From Epiperipatus broadwayi (lineage: Eukaryota > Animalia > Onychophora): 64,000 nt of DNA. Below, piece after piece: positions 39,014-52,345 of the stretch (position 1 is its first letter; the number at the start of each line of letters is the position of its first letter). The notes beneath the pieces are model-generated. The model made no database searches. It was not told the DNA's origin and was given only the letters and a program-made list of their open reading frames with translations. The DNA lies in contig JAQFVV010000003.1 of the NCBI GenBank assembly GCA_028023455.1, positions 5,952,001 to 6,016,000 of the forward strand. The letters run 5' to 3'. The position numbers and the translations under genes were made by a program.

Positions 39014-42000
39014 TTGAAAATAATACCCAAGTTATTGTGCAAAATATGCATTAAAACTACAAATAAAATTAATTTTCAGTATTATACAAATGCAAGCAAG
39101 GAAAGTCAATTTGACAGATGTTTTCTGTATTATAAGTACTATTTTCTTGGAGATCTTCAAAATAAAATCAATTCGTTGTCTAAATTTATAGTCACCTTCA
39201 ATAAGAAAGCATGTAGGGAGATGACCAGAACTTATACTAGCATTGCTAAATCACTAGTGAAGATGAGTGACTCTATTACTGATGCCAAACATTTAATGAA
39301 AAAGAAGCAAAACAATGCACTCAGATTCTATAAAACTATGTTGAACAACATAGCGAATCTTGACTTTGGTATGGATGATATCTCAGAAACTAAAGTAGAC
39401 CTGACCATACAATGGATAGATAAAATGTTGGAAATTATTTTGATCAAATTTAATTCCACTATCCCTGACAAATTATTTAACTCTTTTAAATATTTTTTCA
39501 CTGATCGATCAATCATATTTACTGTTACAGATATTATCTGCTCACTATATAGTTTTCCAAATGAACTATTGTATAAAATGCTTACTTCAAACAACTTGTG
39601 GGATAGCATTTTGTGAATAGTACACCATCCTAATCATTTTTACCTTGTCTTACAATTTTTTGATACCACAAAAAGAAATAGATTTAAAAGGCAAATAACA
39701 AAACTGGGTAAACATGCATAAGTCATAGTAAATGAACACATACAAAGCATGATTGCCGGAATGCTTGAAATGCATATCTAAATTACATTGTAGGTGATTT
39801 TCAAAAGCTTATGGAACCATTCAGTAGCATCATTAATCTGCAATTAGTATACTGCAAAAATACTCTGATACCTATATTTGGAAACAGTTGTGAATTCAGG
39901 GTTCAATTGCACAAGTTACAGATCAAGAAGTTATGCTGATAATATTCATTCAAGGAATCAAACCTCAATGCTTTCAGTGCAAACTCCATAGTCATCTTGC
40001 AGTCAATTGTGAAAATGCATGGTACAAACATTGTAACTCACTCAATAAACACACTGTCACATAATTGTACAAAGGAAAAAGTCCAAGAGGATAATACTTA
40101 TATGGAGTTTAATAATACACTACTCGTCTTGGAAAATATTTTATATGTGGAAAAAATGATATAATATTCACTCAACAAATAACTTTATAGCAATTATAAT
40201 GAATAAAACATCACCAGAAGTAATGGACATTTAAACACCAAATATGCCACAAATACTACATAACACAGGTAATGCTCCAAGCAATAAAAAGCCTGGCAAC
40301 CAGAAAAAAATGTGCAAGAAATATACCAAGTATATCTCAAGACAACAGTGAGAATGAAGAGTCATCATCATTGCTACAACAATTTAAAGCAGAAAAAACA
40401 GATAATCCAGTCAGAGCAGAGTTTGCTGACATCTCAGAAGTTAACAATGCACACTTGGAAAAATAAGTACATCTCATTATATTAAACAAAATGATATAGA
40501 TACTAACATTAGAGAGCATCAATCATAAACACAACAAAAATATAACATATCTGTATAATGAAACTTGTTCTATTTAGTTGATATATAATTTTAACAGGTT
40601 TTGAATAACATAACATTAAAGAAGATAGGCTAGATAGAATAAATAATAATATATATAATGAAATTAAAACTAAGTGTACATAACATTAGGGGTTTATCTG
40701 CTGTGGGAAAAAATTACCAACAAATTAAATGGTTAGCCATAGTGCAACTATATATATTAGGATCAGTAGAAACAAAGATCTACAGTAAATCTAACTACCT
40801 GAATAGACTGGGTTTCTCAGCATTCTCTAGACTTACATCTGCACCCTAAGCAGGAACAGGAGTAATAATCATGAAATCATGCCATTTAACTCATTAAAAA
40901 TGTTATTTACAGATGAGTGTGTGATAATGCTCACAATACAACATAAAATTATATTTTTAAATGTAGTGTTTGTGTATTTGCCTTCTAATCACACCACTAT
41001 TACCAGAATTATTCAAAACATATATTTATTATTTGCTATCTCCTCTCTACAACTCATGCTGATGGAAGAATTTGTAAATAAATGTTGCACATCATCAATA
41101 GTCCACTTATGAGTGGTGACGAATTTCTGCTAAGTAATTTTGTTTCATCCAATAATGACAGATACTCATTATTTGTAGATCTAGTATTTTATTCATCCTC
41201 ATTTCACCACCCACTAAAATTTAGCTAGTCTCTTCTCTCTCAGACCATGCATTAATAATGGCCTTTCTTGATTTAAATTATACATAGCATGTAACACTAC
41301 ACAAAAGAACAATAAGATCCTATTATGTACAAGAACAACAGAATGTTTATTCTCAGAAATTTACATTTTATTAACTAAACTAAACAGCTTAGAAATAGAC
41401 CCTGTTCAAAAATGGATATCATATACACAAACAATATCACATATTATAAACTATGTCTCAAGAACCACTACATTATCAACAAAACACTTAGACATTGTTG
41501 ATGAATTACATAAAAGGATCATACATACTACCCCAATACAGAAAATAATCAACTATTAATTAAACTAAAAAAACTTACAAATCCACATGTGATATGTTAA
41601 AAAAATACATTATTCCAAAAATAAAAAAAAATTTCATCATACAATCACATATCTGGTCCAGACAACATATTTGATGGCATTAGGTCAACCACCTGCAACA
41701 AGACTACCTTTAGCATTAGTGGTTGGAGATGTAGTTGTCACAGGTGATAATATGCTAACAACAGATGACAAACACTTTAAGAAAATACTTCAAAATGAGC
41801 CAGTATTCAAACTATCTTTCAGCCACTTTGGAATGCCAGATGATCCAGAAATATTCAAACTTAAGATGCCAGATTCATGCCATCCAGGATCACAGGGATA
41901 TACCAAAGTTTGTTTTTGCACACTTAAACCAGTTTCACTTCTAATTATCTTACAGACATCATATTCTGGATATATACCCTATAGCAATTATTCCATTTAT

Positions 42001-43568
42001 GAAGAAATAAACTTTGCTCCATATAATGCAAAACATAAGGCCAATAGCTATGAGCCCATTGGGTATTAAATTATTTGAAACAGTAATAAAAAACAAAATT
42101 GAACCACATCTTATACTTTTGTCATCACAAGCACAATTTTCTTAAAAAAAGGCACTTCAACAGGAAAGCAGTTTTTGTATTCAAAACTTTCATTGATACT
42201 GTGGGAAATACAAAAGAAATACAACCCAGTGGCAATACAACTGGATATAAGGACTGCTTTCAATTCAGTACCAATTGATGTACTCATAAAAATAATAATA
42301 AAAAAACAACAATACCAAAACCAATATTATATTTTCTCACAAACTTGCTAATAAATAGAGAAATATACATAACTCTAAATGGGAAAATGTCTCGCCCTTT
42401 TAATCCACATCGATCAATCCCACAAGGGTCTCCACTTAGTGTGTTGTTATTCACCATGTTCATAAATCCACTATTTAATAATATTAAAAAGCAGCTCTCA
42501 GAGATCTATATACCCACACACTTGATCGTAATATAGCCTGCAAAGCCTACATGGATAATATAAGTTTTTCTAACAGCTAAATACATATATTAACTGATAT
42601 ATTACATGAATACCCTTGTATTTATAAACTAAAATTTAATCTTGATAAAACATATGTGCAGTGTGAAAATATATATATATATACATACACACACACAAGT
42701 AAAACACATTCAAATGTATTTCAGGGTAAACCTCAACCCTCTTTCACTTGAGTTATATGGTTATGCAAAAACAAATACAAAACAAACTAATTCAAACAAC
42801 AGAATGGATCATATCCCCCCTTTCAAAACTATATCATTTTCTATACTCAAAAATATCATTTATAATCATGCTGATTATTACAAAAATTATTATATACTGA
42901 TTATACTTTTCACAAAATTCTTTACATCAAAGATTTATTCACTGTGTAAAAAACTTTTATGGGGGGGGGCATCTCATTCAGTCAAATACAGTATCATAGC
43001 AACCTAAATGGGTTAGGACTACATTCTATTCATGTATTAACAATACAAAAAACTATTAATCTTTTATCATCCATGAAGATTATACCTACATTTAGACGTC
43101 ACTCATAAAATAACACCTACAGACAAATCTCCACACATAAAATATCTGAATACAATCTTAGAACCTATTAAATCAATATCTAACCCTAACATAACTTTCC
43201 CACAAGACATATAACTTAGATGTTCCAATGCTAGGTATTAATAAAAAGCAGCTAATACATACATTTAAATATTGGACACTCGAGAACTATTTTTTTTGAT
43301 TTTCTACCCAAAATAAACATGTGATCATTATCAACATTATATTTCATGAGATTTGAGAAACATACTTAACATTGACACTATATATGAGTTGTGCCATAGA
43401 TCAGAAGAGAATAAAAACATATATTCTTTGTGTGTCGTAGCCTACAACGATCTTATATTACAAAATTATCAGAAAAAGAATGTCACTATATGTTCAGTTA
43501 TGGAGTCTTTTCCAAATGCCTGCTTCACAGAAATAAGAAGTACAACATTTATCCATATAATTCTATAA
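39014..43568 (+). mobile_element. Decayed Tx1/L1-like LINE (ORF1 with CCHC knuckle; ORF2 APE-RT)
   Basis: ORF1: 200-aa open stretch at 39014-39616 continues through stops to CFQCKLHSHLAVNC (39969-40010). ORF2: LKLSVHNIRGL (40658 on), QLDIRTAFN (42238-42264), PQGSPLS (42420-42440), YMDN (42548-42559), and a partial C-terminal ELCHRSEENKNIYSLC. Many stops and frameshifts. Confidence 0.8.
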
Positions 43569-43628
43569 TTAAAACCACTTCTTTTCTTTTCAAAAACTTT
43601 ATTTGATGTGTATATATATACACTTATT

Positions 43629-43671
43629 TCCAACGTTTCAACTATCTTTACTCTATAGTCATTTTCAAGGA
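43629..43671 (-). ncRNA. Minimal hammerhead ribozyme with U3-A8 variant core, family D (copy D1)
   Basis: Minus strand: TCC-TTGAAAA-T-GACTAT-AGAGTAAAG-ATAGTT-GAAA-CG-T-T-GGA. 6-bp stem II (G-U closing), palindromic stem III ACGT, 3-bp stem I. Confidence 0.68.
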
Positions 43672-43961
43672 TCTAGAAAAAACATATTACATTATAAACA
43701 AACTTCACATAATAAAACCAAAAAAAAAAAACCAAAAAAAAAAAAAAAAATAATCAAAAACAATATAAAACATATAAACCCCATAAAATTTAAAAATAAA
43801 TAAAATACATTAAAATCAATTAAATTAAATTATTTTTAAATTTTATGGGGTTTATATGTTTTATATTGTTTTTGATTATTTTGTTTGTTTTTTTTTTGTT
43901 TGTTTTTTTTTTTGGTTTTATTATGTGAAGTTTGTTTATAATGTAATATGTTTTTTCTAGA

Positions 43962-44004
43962 TCCTTGAAAATGATTATAGAGTAAAGATAGTCGAAACAT
44001 TGGA
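43962..44004 (+). ncRNA. Minimal hammerhead ribozyme with U3-A8 variant core, family D (copy D2)
   Basis: TCC-TTGAAAA-T-GATTAT-AGAGTAAAG-ATAGTC-GAAA-CA-T-T-GGA. Stem II intact (one U-G); the stem III CpG has decayed to CA. Confidence 0.62.
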
Positions 44005-45466
44005 AATAAGTGGATATATATATATACATCAAATAAAGTTTTTGAAAAGAAAAGAAGTGGTTTTAATTATAGAATTATATGGCTATATGTACTGTATATT
44101 TTTGAAAAGAAAAAAGGATTGAATCGTGATTAGAAACAGAAGTAAATGGATTTGTTACAACATTTATATTATATGAATTATAGTGCACAAGATGCACTTA
44201 TCTTTACAATAGTAATGCAAGAAATTTTAACAATTTTAAAAACAAATTAGAGGTAATAAAATGAGATAAAAAAATCACCCCATCAGACATTTTTGCAGTC
44301 ACTTGGTCACTTGTATATCAGCACTCTAACATCTAGTGATATGTATTGTCTGTTTTTTATTTTATTGTAAATGTTTTAATAATAATATAATTCACTAAAT
44401 GCTATTAAAATACTTATTATAGTATTCTTTGATCAGTTTTGTATTAATTTTTTTATTTTAAACTGAAATATTCCCTTTGAACTGAAATATCTATAGATAT
44501 ATATTTCCTTGAATAAAGTTTCTTCTAAAATTTCATTTTATTATAAATAATGTGAAGCATACTTTGCCATTTTCAAAAAAATATTTTATGAATATTTAAT
44601 TTTACATTTGGCACATATGTAATTAAATGAATAAACTTTATATTATATAATAAGTCATATTTATTCACAAATCTTGAACCTGATTCACTCCTCTCTAATC
44701 ATAACTATTAAATACATAATTACTCATCTCAGTAAGCACAGATTACAAAATTGTGTACATAGATACATATATGTTCTACATTCAGCCTTGAACAGTTTAT
44801 ACGTAACTAACTCCCTCTCCCCCCATCTTGTTTCAAATTATGAATTTAATAAAAACTGACAAAAATATGAATCACTGAAATTATTTATAACTGTATATTT
44901 GTTTCTAAAATATACAATGGATATAAAGTGCATAATATCTATTTTATTTAGACTTTTATGATCATGATACCACAATATGAATATTCATGTTCTATCTATT
45001 TTTAACCCTGCTCATCTGCACTTAACCATGAACTATTTTAACTGTTCTCGTCAATTGTGTTGTAATTCTATTCTCAATGATTACATTACATATACACACA
45101 AGAGAATGTATTGAAATATAGGTTGTAAATCATAATATCAAATATTAATTCTGTATTCCGTAGAGTAGTAAAAAGGTATTACTCTTTCAGAGAAACATAA
45201 CTTAAATCTTATGGCACTTTGGAGCTTTAAATATGTATATATGCTTTGTAGTATTTATAACAAGTACGTGCGTAAATTCTAAATATATAGAGAAAATGAC
45301 TATAAATCAATATATAAGAGTAACAATCATATAATTAGTTGCTAAGATGGTCAGATAACGTTTGAATATTAAAGTGAAAAAATAAACTACAAATCAATCC
45401 AAGAATTTTAAGTTTTCCGTTGTATTAAACAAAACAATCTTAATGCTATTTTTTTTTATATGTCAA

Positions 45467-45538
45467 AGCGTTGACCGGGAAGCGAACCATGGCCAGCTGC
45501 TTGGAAAGCAGCTATGCTAACCGCTAGGCCACCAATGT
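45467..45538 (-). pseudogene. Full-length but diverged tRNA-Gly(TCC) copy (probable pseudogene / SINE-like)
   Basis: Minus strand ACATTGGTGGCCTAGCGGTTAGCATAGCTGCTTTCCAAGCAGCTGGCCATGGTTCGCTTCCCGGTCAACGC-T. Anticodon TCC at 45503-45505; A- and B-box-like blocks present; acceptor and T stems have mismatches (A1:C72, A3:C70). Confidence 0.8.
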
Positions 45539-48500
45539 TTGACAATGCCTTTTTTAAAAAAAAAACAATCACTCTTAAAAAATTTTTAGCTGGTTTTCTC
45601 TTTTATCTTCTTTTGGTTAAGAAATGTTAACAATTTCAATTTGGATCAAGACAACTATTTCATTCTAATGACGATTGCTCGTAATTTGCAAATAACTCAT
45701 TTGAGTATATAAATAAACTCAATCTGGACTTCATTAAACTTCCAAATATTTAAGTTGCCTTAAAAGACATTTCGTGTTGGAGTAATTTAGCAAAGCTATA
45801 GAATGTCAATAATGTTTTTTGAGCTCAATTTGTCTTTCCAATTCTGAATAACACATTATCAGGAATAAGTAATTATTCGATTTTGTTTAGTAGTTTTAAC
45901 TTAAATTGGATTTTTTTATAATTTATCTTTGAAAATAGGCCTCTCCCCTTTTACAATAAAACATAACTTCAACGTAATTAGCATAACTTTTTTTTTTTTC
46001 CAGTTTTTAAAAAATACAAGCAAAATAATTTTTCAAAAGCAATTTTCTTAAACGAAATTTAACGAATATCAATAAACATTCATTATCTTCTAATTGCATG
46101 ATCGGCTATACATAATGTATAATAAAAATTAGTTAAAATTATCTATTTTAATGATGCATTACATTTAGACTACAAACTATAATTGTTCTTGATTTTACTT
46201 TAATTAATTTGTTATTTAATTGGATTTTTTTTTTTTTTTTATGTTATGAATTTGTTTTTTTGTTTTTTTTTTTTAAAAAAGCAGAAATGTCATTCAATAT
46301 TTATGTGGGTGTATATATATGTCTTTCAGTGACATATACAACCAATTACATATGTTTTTGCGTAGTTCTGAACTTTAATAAATTACATTGTACACACAAC
46401 CCAATCTTAAATAAACAATATTTGAAAGTGAAATTGTTAAAATTATATCAAAGTTGTTAGGATATTGACTTGCCATACCAATAACATATGATTCAAATCT
46501 GGGTGAAATTTAATAAAATTTGCCAGTAGAAGAGTTCCCAAACAGGCTTAAAATTCATTTCAGACATCTACCTCATAATAAATCTATCAAATATTGGTCG
46601 GTAAATGGCAATCTAGTTATCTTTAGCTAGATAGCTCAACAATCCAAGGTAATTTAATTTAATCAAATAAGTATCACTAATATATATCGTAATGTAACAC
46701 ACCTTTCTTTGCTGGTGAAAAGTGGAGTCATATTTTCTTTTGGGTGCTGAGCCTGTGGGTTTTTTTTTTTTTATCTTTTTTTTAATTATTAAAATTTTAT
46801 AACACTGCAAGCATTGTTCAAGCGCATTTGTAAGTACTGAAAATACTTAGTTAATGCATTTTGTGGTTTAATATAGTAACAAAGTGGTGAATTCAGAACT
46901 AAAAGTTTCAGAGTGGAATCTCAGCTAAAGAATGTAAATAGAAAAAAATCTTAATTCATTCAAACAAATGAAACTTTTGTATTTCATTTGCCAATAAAAT
47001 GCTTAAACATCGCATAACTTCCTAGGTAATTAACCATATGATGAATGTAATTTAATTCATCAAATACTATTCAGTAATTGTATAAACTGCAATTATAATC
47101 CTGACCGTATATACAACCAAAGACATTTTAAAGAAAAAATAATTGTTTACTATGATACAACAGTATTAACTCCTTAAATGCTTCATTTTGAAGCACACTC
47201 ATATTTAAAAAAAAAAATTCAGTTGTATTTGTCTATGAAAACAAAAAAATGTCAATAATCAAATCTTTAAGTTTTTATCAAATTTTGCTAAAAACATAAA
47301 TTCAAAAAATGAAAATAATCTTTCAAATAAAATATCAACCTTGCAAATAAAAAAAAAGAGTAATAAACATCAATAAAATAATCAGCATTCATTCTAAAAA
47401 AAATATTTTTAACAAAAAAAATCAAATTTTTATCATTTATGTAAATTTAACAACTTTGTTATGATAATCTAAATAAAAAGATAAACCATGGGCTCAGTGT
47501 CTTTAACTTTTTCCCTATTGGTAAAAGTCACATCATATTATAATCATAATTTTTGTTTTTAACTCAGCACATTATCAAGATAACTCCAGATTTACCTGAA
47601 ATCTTTATTTTATGACTAAGAATAGTTATATTTTGATCAATAATGAATGGAAAACTAGTCTGGGCATGGAAAATTCATCTATCTATCAAAGTCATGAGCA
47701 TGGAAAAAAGTCATGAGTATCACAGGTGCATGCCCCATCTAACCATTATACAAAAAGTTTTAATAACTCAAAAAGCAAATCAATAGATTTTTTAAATATG
47801 TTTTTCAATCAAAGAAAAGGATAATACAGGTAACTGATTGTATACTTGAATATCTTATAAGTTTTTATTCAATGTCAAATTGAAGCAATTAGAAAGCAGA
47901 ATAGATAATACTCGTTAGTATGGATACATTGCCATTGCCTGTCATCCCCTTTACTTCATTAGATGAGTGTGATTGTATAATTTAAAATATGCAAATGTTG
48001 CAAACATACAATAAACACTAAAGTTTAATTATTAATGGTATTTTTTTGCACTAGTTTTGAGTATTTTTTTAGATGGGTAGATAAGTAAAAGAAGATCTTG
48101 ATTTGTTTGTCTTGATGTCTTGATCACATAATTTAAGAAAAAATACACATTAATGTATTTTAAGATAAATTTTGATCCAACCATGTCTCTTCAATTAGTT
48201 AAGCCATGCATAATACTCTCTCTATCCACATATGTGTGTGTGCAAATGTATATTTTTTTATTTATTCTTGTATACATTTACACTGTTGTCAATGTTAGCA
48301 TTATACCAATATTCTGATCAGATCTCACCAAGCAAATTCCAAGAAGTAAATATAATTCAACAATGTTGTAGGTATGCCCTGAATGTCAGAAAACTTTTGT
48401 TTTAATTTAAAGAAGTTTTAAATATTTGATTTTACATTTTTTATGCATGTTGCATCCAATAAACTTGGAAACAAAGAATAAGAAGGTGGTATAATGAAAT

Positions 48501-50094
48501 AAAGAGTCAAGAGTTGAATCATATAAGTTATTCAACAGAATGTAATTTTTTGTCTAATAAAAATATAACAATAATTCAGAAAGAATGAAGTGATAATGGA
48601 ATTGAAATTAGTAGTATTTTTATTTAAATAAGCTTTATAATTTGTTTCCAACTGGAAGATAACAGTCTTGTCATGTTTATTAAGATAATCTGGCCATTTA
48701 ACAATTTTGATGTTTCTCTATTATTTTGAAATTAAATGTCATCTGCAAATGGTCAAATGTATATTACGCTGGGGGTGTTAAGCATTTGAGAGTATGTGCT
48801 GAAGTAGTTTAGAGTTGTGTGATGGCATTATCATGTTCATCTCTTCTTAAACTGATAATGGTGACTAATCATATTATACAAGAGACATTCAAATCTCACA
48901 AAAAATTTAATAGACCTTTTGGACTGAAGAGGAATTGAATCTTTACATTTAGCCAAAACATTGCCAAATTTGGGATTGGTAGTGAATAGCATATATAATA
49001 TTGAAGTATCTTAACACATATTCTCTTTTGCCTATAGTTGCTTTACATAAAATACAAAAGCATTCACTTCTCTAATTTAACTCCTTTATTTTTAACAGTG
49101 TTTCACCTTTTTCTACTCATGCATTTCAATCTTACATTTTCTAGAAATTATAATGAACCTCATTCTCATATTTCAAGTATAAGCTCACAGTCAGTGGGGG
49201 GGGGGTCATACTAATGGATTATTTTTAAATAAAAAGAAAATATATTTTGATCAATAAGATTTTCTCAGGTTAAGCTCAATATAGCTTCTCAAATATCATC
49301 AATCAATGTTTTATATTTACTGATTCACGCAAATTTCCTATCTTAATCAGTATTTTTTACCAACGATTTATTCACAAAATCATTTTTCAATAAATATTTA
49401 AATTGTTATTAATCAATTCTTAATTACCTTGGAAATTATTATATACACTGTATTTCGTTTAACATTAGATATAGACTTTAAATTTATTAAAATGTAAATA
49501 TATCTGTAATATTTTTCAATTATGCTTATTAATTTCCATTTTTAATCATTTGATAGTAGAGGGTAGCATTTGAAAAATTGTGCAAGACTTGTTCTAATTG
49601 TTAAAACCTGATTGATCAAAATACAGTTTAAGAATCATTATCTTTTTTTTCTAATGTTGACATGTTTGAAATGCAATGTAAAGACATCCACAAACTGAAA
49701 GGAATTAAATAGAGAGATAATACAACATAGTTGCTATCAAAAAATATATTCTCTTTTCTAATAAAGAATTCTTAATTATTTAGATACAAAAAAAAACATT
49801 TATTAATTGATTCAGATATCAATCAGGATGCCAAAAATAAAGATCCTACGGCAATTTTATTTACAATATAAATTTTAAAATGTCCAAACTGGTTATCATT
49901 TTTTCTTAACTTACTTTACATAACTGAAGTACTGCTGTCAATAAAATACTACTGCCTATAATATTACGATACTTCTGATGTATGTAAATTCTAATATGGT
50001 AGTCTTCAGTAGATCGTCCATTGTTTTAAGTCAATAGACAGACACTTATCTCAATCGTAATAATGCAATGTTTGAACTTGATGGATTTTATATA

Positions 50095-51298
50095 CACCTA
50101 GGTCTCTTTTTACGCGGACTTATTTAACATGATTTTGAAGTTACGCAATTCGTGTTTCACCGGAAGTCGACCTCCGATAATGCGCTATTACTTTAAATAA
50201 TAAATTTCGCGCACTTACGTTATATTGAAAGTAATAGCACATTATTGGAATTCGACTTTCATCTTAGTAATTTCAATATTTTCAGTGCTTTATAATAGTA
50301 AGATTTTATGCAATAATGAAATTAAAATTATGATTTCCACATTTTATGTATATACGCATTAAATTTTACAAGATTATAATGTAAATTTGTTAAAACATTG
50401 TGCGTGTTAATTTTGCATTTTAAATCACATTCTGTTTTTGCTTTTTAAAAAAGAACGTGTCCGCAAGTTTATTTTTAAAAGGTGAGTAATAGCAGTGGGC
50501 ACAATTAAATTTGACAATTAAAATCTGATTTTTAATTGTAATTAACAATTTAAAAATTACTTACGGGCAACTTGAAATTAATGTAATGTAAAACGAAATT
50601 TGATTTTTAAACGGAATTGAAAATTAAAGATAAAAATAAGAATTTAATTTCTAGTTGTTAGTTTAATTAAATTTTTCCCAGCAGTGGTGAATAAATGTCT
50701 TTTTATTATCATAAGTCTAAGTTCATAAACAATTAATAAAATCATCGTCTCAAAGATTAATTACTAATTACGTTGTCAACAGAAAACCATTAACACAACA
50801 TGAGAGTGAACTTGGTGCTAGTTGTATTTCCTCTTGTGAGAATAATTGCCAAGATATTCTTGACTTCATTTAAGGAGAAGCCAAATACATCACATCACAT
50901 GAGAATGTGATTTTTTACTAGTTTGCAAACGAACGTGTTTTTCGGCAAATAGCGACAATAATTAAAACGTGTATAAAAAATGTAAATTATTGTACTGTAA
51001 ATTATGCATAAAAATATATTATTTTGAATAAAATTAAATATTATAGTTAAAAAAAGTTTGTCTTGTATCAATTTTTTTCAGATTTGAAATTTTTTATTAG
51101 TCATATTTTATTTCCTTATGTTTTTTTTTGCACGAATTTTAAAGTAATTTTATGTTGGCGCTTTGCTTTTACATGAATTTTGAAAAATCACAGACTGCAT
51201 CCCCCCTTTTTCCATGTAAATTACATCTATTTTTGCATGATTTCATTTGCATGTGTTTTCTGAGGAACCTATCTATCATGTAAAACGAGACCCAGGTG
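50095..51298. mobile_element. Non-autonomous Tigger/pogo-type MITE, copy 2 (more complete)
   Basis: TA|CACCTAGGTCTC...GAGACCCAGGTG|TA; colinear with 18952-20012 and retains more CpG. Confidence 0.85.
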
Positions 51299-51869
51299 TA
51301 TACAAAAATGATTCGATGAAAAATGTGTAATTAAATTTATTGCAAAATAAATACACATCTGTATCAACTTAAATGATAATATCTATGATTTTTTTTTTCC
51401 ACTTGCATACAAATGTTTCTGCATTACACTAAATTCTTTGGACAACTAGCACATACTGTCATAACTAATTATCATTCCTTTTAATAATCTCTCAACAGTT
51501 CTATTATCAATTGGGGACTTGTCAGAATGAATGGCTTTAAACTTTTCAGCTGCTAACTATTGTGAGATTCTTTCAGTACATTAAGAAAGTATCTATTCTT
51601 TGTTAATTTATAAACAATAATAAATATATTTTATAAATTAAACTATAATAACTATTTTCTGATACATTTTGAAAATTCAGATACAAAAAAAAACTCTAAT
51701 CTAAAACTCAAAAAATTATAATCTCCCTGCCATCTTACAATCTAGAATTAAAATCTATGTTGAATGAACACTAGATATCTAATAGACAATGCAACTATTT
51801 ATCAATATTTAGTCAGTAAATGGGTATTTAACTATTATAGAAGCAAATTCTATTTATTTAACTCTACTA

Positions 51870-52345
51870 TTGCCATCTACCCTAAAATTTATAATCAGTA
51901 GATGCTTATAAATTAATTCTTATTAAATTCATATTCAGTGCTACTTTATTCATACTCCCAGACCACTTTCTGGCTTATGGCCTTTTTCACTGGGATACTC
52001 GGATTTGGAATTAGTACACCTACATCTTTTGGGGCTTATGCATCTCTCATCCAGTAGCCATCTTCTACTCTTTTCTTACTATTAGGTTATTAGTCAGAAA
52101 TTCAGAAACTTCTTTATGTTTTGAGTATAAGTCAATTTATTTGGCTTACTTGGATTTGAAACACTCAGATGTTTTGAATTTTATGCTGATGGCTTGATAA
52201 AATGAAAGGACCATTTAAATTAAAATAATCAGGTGCACTAAATCCAGATCCAAGCATTGCACTCACCAAGGCTATATATCAGAAAGTAGTCAAAAAATAC
52301 TGATGTTAACAATGAATATAGATATAATAGGCACTACTATCTAGT
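51870..52345. mobile_element. Eroded HHR family B inverted element
   Basis: Minus strand of 51956-51995 reads TCCCA-GTGAAAA-AGGCCATAAGCCA-GAAA-GTGG-TC-TGGGA. Plus strand of 52268-52291 reads AAGGCTATATATCA-GAAA-GTAG-TC. Flanks resemble the arms of 36945-37288. Confidence 0.55.

Larger units (their letters stand above)
43553..44082. mobile_element. HHR family D head-to-head inverted element
   Basis: Arms 43553-43799 and 43830-44082 (about 250 bp, several substitutions and homopolymer-length differences) with a 30-nt spacer. One HHR per arm, preceded on its sense strand by T-rich sequence. Confidence 0.8.

Noticed and set aside
47652-47664. AAACTAGTCTGGG matching the family B 3' half
   Set aside because: Only 13 nt with no upstream core or partner arm; insufficient to call.
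48720-48790. Minus-strand FADDI (RT catalytic-like)
   Set aside because: Isolated motif with flanking stops and no other RT motifs.
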